From positions 1 to 25,758 of the forward strand of contig CAZROS010000001.1 in the NCBI GenBank assembly GCA_964601825.1: a DNA stretch of 25,758 nt. Reading direction: 5' to 3'. The stretch comes from an uncultured archaeon (lineage in GTDB: Archaea > Aenigmatarchaeota > Aenigmatarchaeia > Aenigmatarchaeales > JACQIB01). Shown here in pieces: positions 23,090 to 25,758 of this stretch; positions within the stretch are counted from its first letter, which is position 1, and the number at the start of each line of letters is the position of its first letter. A program made the position numbers and the translations under genes. A model generated the notes under the pieces. It did not search any database. It was given only the letters and a program-made list of their open reading frames with translations, and was not told the DNA's origin.

Positions 23090-24496
23090 CTACGGAGTCA
23101 GCCTTTCAGGAGTTCGTGGGAAAAGAATTGCCTCCTGCACATTTCCCAATTCAAGAATTTGCTGAACAATTCTGTCAATCCCTGTTCCAGAGCCTCCGTG
23201 CGGCGGCATTCCATACCTGAAAGAATCTAAATAAAATTTTATTTTTTCTGTTGTAACTTTTTGGGCGCGCGCCTGCTCCATCAATTTCCAATAGCGGTGC
23301 TCGCGCTGAGCTGCTGTTGAGATTTCCAAACCTTTGTAAATCAAATCGCAGCGCTCGGCAACGCTGGGATTTTTTTCTGATTGCTTGTGGTAGAACTTCG
23401 CGAGCTTCCATGGGAATTCTGTGAGAAAAACAAAATCGCTTCCGAATTTTTCTTTTGCAATTTCTCCAAGAGCTTTTTCTCCCGTAGAATCCAATTCATC
23501 ATCTTCTCCATATTTCATCCCGCGCTCTTTCAGCAAAAGTTTTTTAGCCTCTGCCATTGCAATTCTTGGAAAAGGAATTTTTGGAATTTCAATTTTCTTT
23601 CCGAGAATTTTTAATTCTTCTGCGCCGCTTTCTGAAACGTGCTTGCAGACAGCCCGCATCATTTCCTCCATTGTGCGCATAACATCCTCCAAAGAATTTA
23701 TGAAAGCCATTTCAATATCCAGCATAATTATTTCTGTAACGTGCCTTGTGGTGTGGGATTTTTCCGCGCGAAAAGCTGGAGCGATTTCATAAACCCGGTC
23801 AAAGCCCGAGGCCATCATCATTTGCTTGTAGAACTGCGGGCTCTGCGCAAGGAAAGCTTCGCGCTCAAAATAAGTTACAGCAAAAACTTCACTGCCTCCC
23901 TCGCTTGCTTCTGCAATAATTTTCGGTGAGTGGATTTCAATAAAATTATTTCCTTCCAGATAATTTCTCACAGCAGTTGTTACCATATCCTTTACTTTAA
24001 AAATCGCAGCAACCTCTGGCTTGCGCAAATCAATAAAGCGCGCCCCTAATCGCGTTTCAAATTCAGCCGGAGTTTTTTTTGTTATTGGCTCCAATGGGAG
24101 CTGGGCTTCGCTTTCGTTTATAATTTTTATTTCAGCAGGAATTATTTCAAATCCATTTGGAGCGGATTTGTTTGCGCGGACTGTTCCTTTAACTCCAATT
24201 ACCCACTCTCTGCCAACTTTCTCAATTTTTTCCAGCAGTTCGTTTTTTACTTCGCCTTCTTTGAAAAGAATTTGCGCTTTTCCCTCTCTGTCAGCTAACT
24301 GGATAAATTTTAATTTTCCCAAATCCCTCAGCTCGCGCACCCAGCCCATGAGAACAACTTGCTTGCCATTCATCTCAGGAGAAATTTCCGCAGAATAATG
24401 CGTGCGCTGCCAGTCGCCGATTCCGTCAAAGATAGAAATTTCAGTTGCGGGGATTTTTTTCTTTTCCACAGAGACTTTTGTTTTGCGAATTGCCAT
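23090..24496 (-). CDS. aspS: Aspartyl-tRNA synthetase, archaeal type, probably non-discriminating
   Basis: OB-fold GWVRELRDLG, LAQSPQFYKQ, FRAEKSHTTRH, PPHGGSGTGIDR, LFPRTPERLTP. Pro in the anticodon loop 'KSAPNGFEI'. Confidence 0.95.
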   Translation of the reverse strand: MAIRKTKVSVEKKKIPATEISIFDGIGDWQRTHYSAEISPEMNGKQVVLMGWVRELRDLGKLKFIQLADREGKAQILFKEGEVKNELLEKIEKVGREWVIGVKGTVRANKSAPNGFEIIPAEIKIINESEAQLPLEPITKKTPAEFETRLGARFIDLRKPEVAAIFKVKDMVTTAVRNYLEGNNFIEIHSPKIIAEASEGGSEVFAVTYFEREAFLAQSPQFYKQMMMASGFDRVYEIAPAFRAEKSHTTRHVTEIIMLDIEMAFINSLEDVMRTMEEMMRAVCKHVSESGAEELKILGKKIEIPKIPFPRIAMAEAKKLLLKERGMKYGEDDELDSTGEKALGEIAKEKFGSDFVFLTEFPWKLAKFYHKQSEKNPSVAERCDLIYKGLEISTAAQREHRYWKLMEQARAQKVTTEKIKFYLDSFRYGMPPHGGSGTGIDRIVQQILELGNVQEAILFPRTPERLTP

Positions 24497-24533
24497 GCAA
24501 AAATTCAGCAGCAGGGATTTAAAAGTTTAAGAT

Positions 24534-24746
24534 TTAGAGTATTACAAAATATTTTTCTCTTCTAGTTGTGCAAGGCTCTCTTTGACCTTCAACTCTATGG
24601 CCATAAACACCGGAGCCGTCAGGATTTCTTGCAAAAAGCATAGCATCACATCCGTGTTGTAGACATGGAACTTGTTTAATCTCTAAATAACATAATGTCA
24701 TATCGCCCTGCTGGGCTAACACAAAACCATCTTCTTTACATGCCAT
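24534..24746 (-). CDS. Small Cys-containing hypothetical protein
   Basis: 70-aa ORF with five Cys, co-oriented between the EMC6-like gene and aspS. Confidence 0.4.
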   Translation of the reverse strand: MACKEDGFVLAQQGDMTLCYLEIKQVPCLQHGCDAMLFARNPDGSGVYGHRVEGQREPCTTRREKYFVIL

Positions 24747-24752
24747 AAAAAT

Positions 24753-25001
24753 TCACAAATTATAAAATACAACCCAAACTATAAACCAGACGAAAAAATA
24801 AATCCAGCCGCTGTTTGAGAAATACCATTTGTAGCCTTTCTTATTTTCCACAAAAAAATTTTCAAGGACAAACGCGCCCACGAAAAATCCCGCAAGCGCG
24901 AGCCCGGTTGCAGCCAAATTATTTTTCAGCAGAAAACTTGCATAGCCAAGCATAATTCCCAAAATCATGTAAAATATCAGCACAGAATTTTCCTCTTTCA
25001 T
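24753..25001 (-). CDS. Small 3-TM membrane protein, DUF5379/EMC6-like
   Basis: C-terminal 'WYFSNSGWIYFFVWFIVWVVFYNL' resembles the archaeal DUF5379 pattern. Start moved to ATG 25001. Confidence 0.6.
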   Translation of the reverse strand: MKEENSVLIFYMILGIMLGYASFLLKNNLAATGLALAGFFVGAFVLENFFVENKKGYKWYFSNSGWIYFFVWFIVWVVFYNL

Positions 25002-25053
25002 GAAAGAGCTTTCAAAGAACAAGATTTATAAATGTATGTTTACAATACCCAGC

Positions 25054-25689
25054 ATGCAAACTGACTGGAAAATTGCTGCTGCCGCAATAATCGGGCTTTC
25101 AATAGTTGCGTCTGCGCTGATTTTCTCCGGCAATGATGTTGTAAGCGGATTTTTCTCGCTGCCAACTCCGAGCTCGAAAACAACGCAAATAGAGCTTTCG
25201 CTTTCAGAGGACAAATACAGTTTTGATGTGAATGACGCGCCGCTTGTGGAAGTTCTGGTTGGAACCCCATTAGAAAATATCGCGCTGCAAGTTGGGAAGG
25301 AAAGATTTGATTTGAGCAGCCTTCAAACTGCAAGCCTCAAAGCAGAGAGCTTCACTGGCAGAATAGAGTTTTATGACAAGAAAATAATTCTAAAAGGCTC
25401 TGCGAAAAAAGCTTTTGTGAACAGCATTGGATTTAAAGATAAAGTAAGCATTATCTTGGAAGCAGATCATTTCTCAAAGCTTGTGGCGGAAAAAATAAGG
25501 CTTAACACGTTTTCCAATTCTGTAACCGGTACTTTGAGCGCTGACAGCGGGAAAACTTTAGTGCAGCTTGATAAGGACTCGCTTAATATCGGCGGGTTTG
25601 AGGGGAATCTAGTTTCAGAGGGAAGTGGTATAAATCTTGAAGGAATCGCACAGAGAGTTTCTGTTGCAGGCAAGGTCAACATTGGGTGA
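25054..25689 (+). CDS. N-terminally membrane-anchored beta-rich hypothetical protein
   Basis: MQTDWKIAAAAIIGLSIVASALIF anchor. ATG 25054 lies downstream of TTTATAAA at 25025-25032. Confidence 0.65.
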   Translation: MQTDWKIAAAAIIGLSIVASALIFSGNDVVSGFFSLPTPSSKTTQIELSLSEDKYSFDVNDAPLVEVLVGTPLENIALQVGKERFDLSSLQTASLKAESFTGRIEFYDKKIILKGSAKKAFVNSIGFKDKVSIILEADHFSKLVAEKIRLNTFSNSVTGTLSADSGKTLVQLDKDSLNIGGFEGNLVSEGSGINLEGIAQRVSVAGKVNIG

Positions 25690-25726
25690 ACTTTTAAATA
25701 CATAAATGCTTCTCTAAATGGTTTTT

Positions 25727-25758
25727 ATGGTTCTGGAATCTTTGTATTCAGCAAAAAA
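25727..25758 (+). CDS. Probable 5' start of the next gene (MVLESLYSAK...), truncated by the window
   Basis: ATG after TTTTAAAT at 25692-25699. Too short to assign. Confidence 0.3.
   Translation, partial: MVLESLYSAK

Noticed and set aside
1-25758. CRISPR array, tRNA/rRNA genes, IS transposase or integrase
   Set aside because: No regularly spaced repeats, T-loop motifs, rRNA signatures or DDE/tyrosine recombinase motifs found by eye.

Overview
Archaeal chromosomal window (SRP54, Rpl21e, TrmY, Pus10, archaeal-type AspRS, TATA boxes about 25-28 nt before many start codons). The AT-rich, compact organisation suggests a DPANN-type lineage, but that is inference. Housekeeping genes alternate with short accessory inserts and many rearrangement scars. 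Highlights: (1) a 506-aa LAGLIDADG intein in the catalytic motif of Pus10, next to its pathway partner trmY; (2) an internally deleted DUF3800 gene followed by a well-folding ~70-nt putative RNA; (3) a promoter-carrying ~235-bp inversion that splits a HAD gene; (4) an MNT-HEPN module bracketed by two synonymously diverged copies of the 3' end of a NIF3-family gene; (5) an island of modular paralogous proteins, most with signal peptides, sharing two motifs I cannot assign to a family, plus a near-identical 57-bp signal-peptide repeat; (6) orphan 3' gene tails (YchF TGS, CARDB). I saw no tRNA, rRNA, CRISPR array, transposase or integrase. All family assignments come from motif recognition, not database searches.
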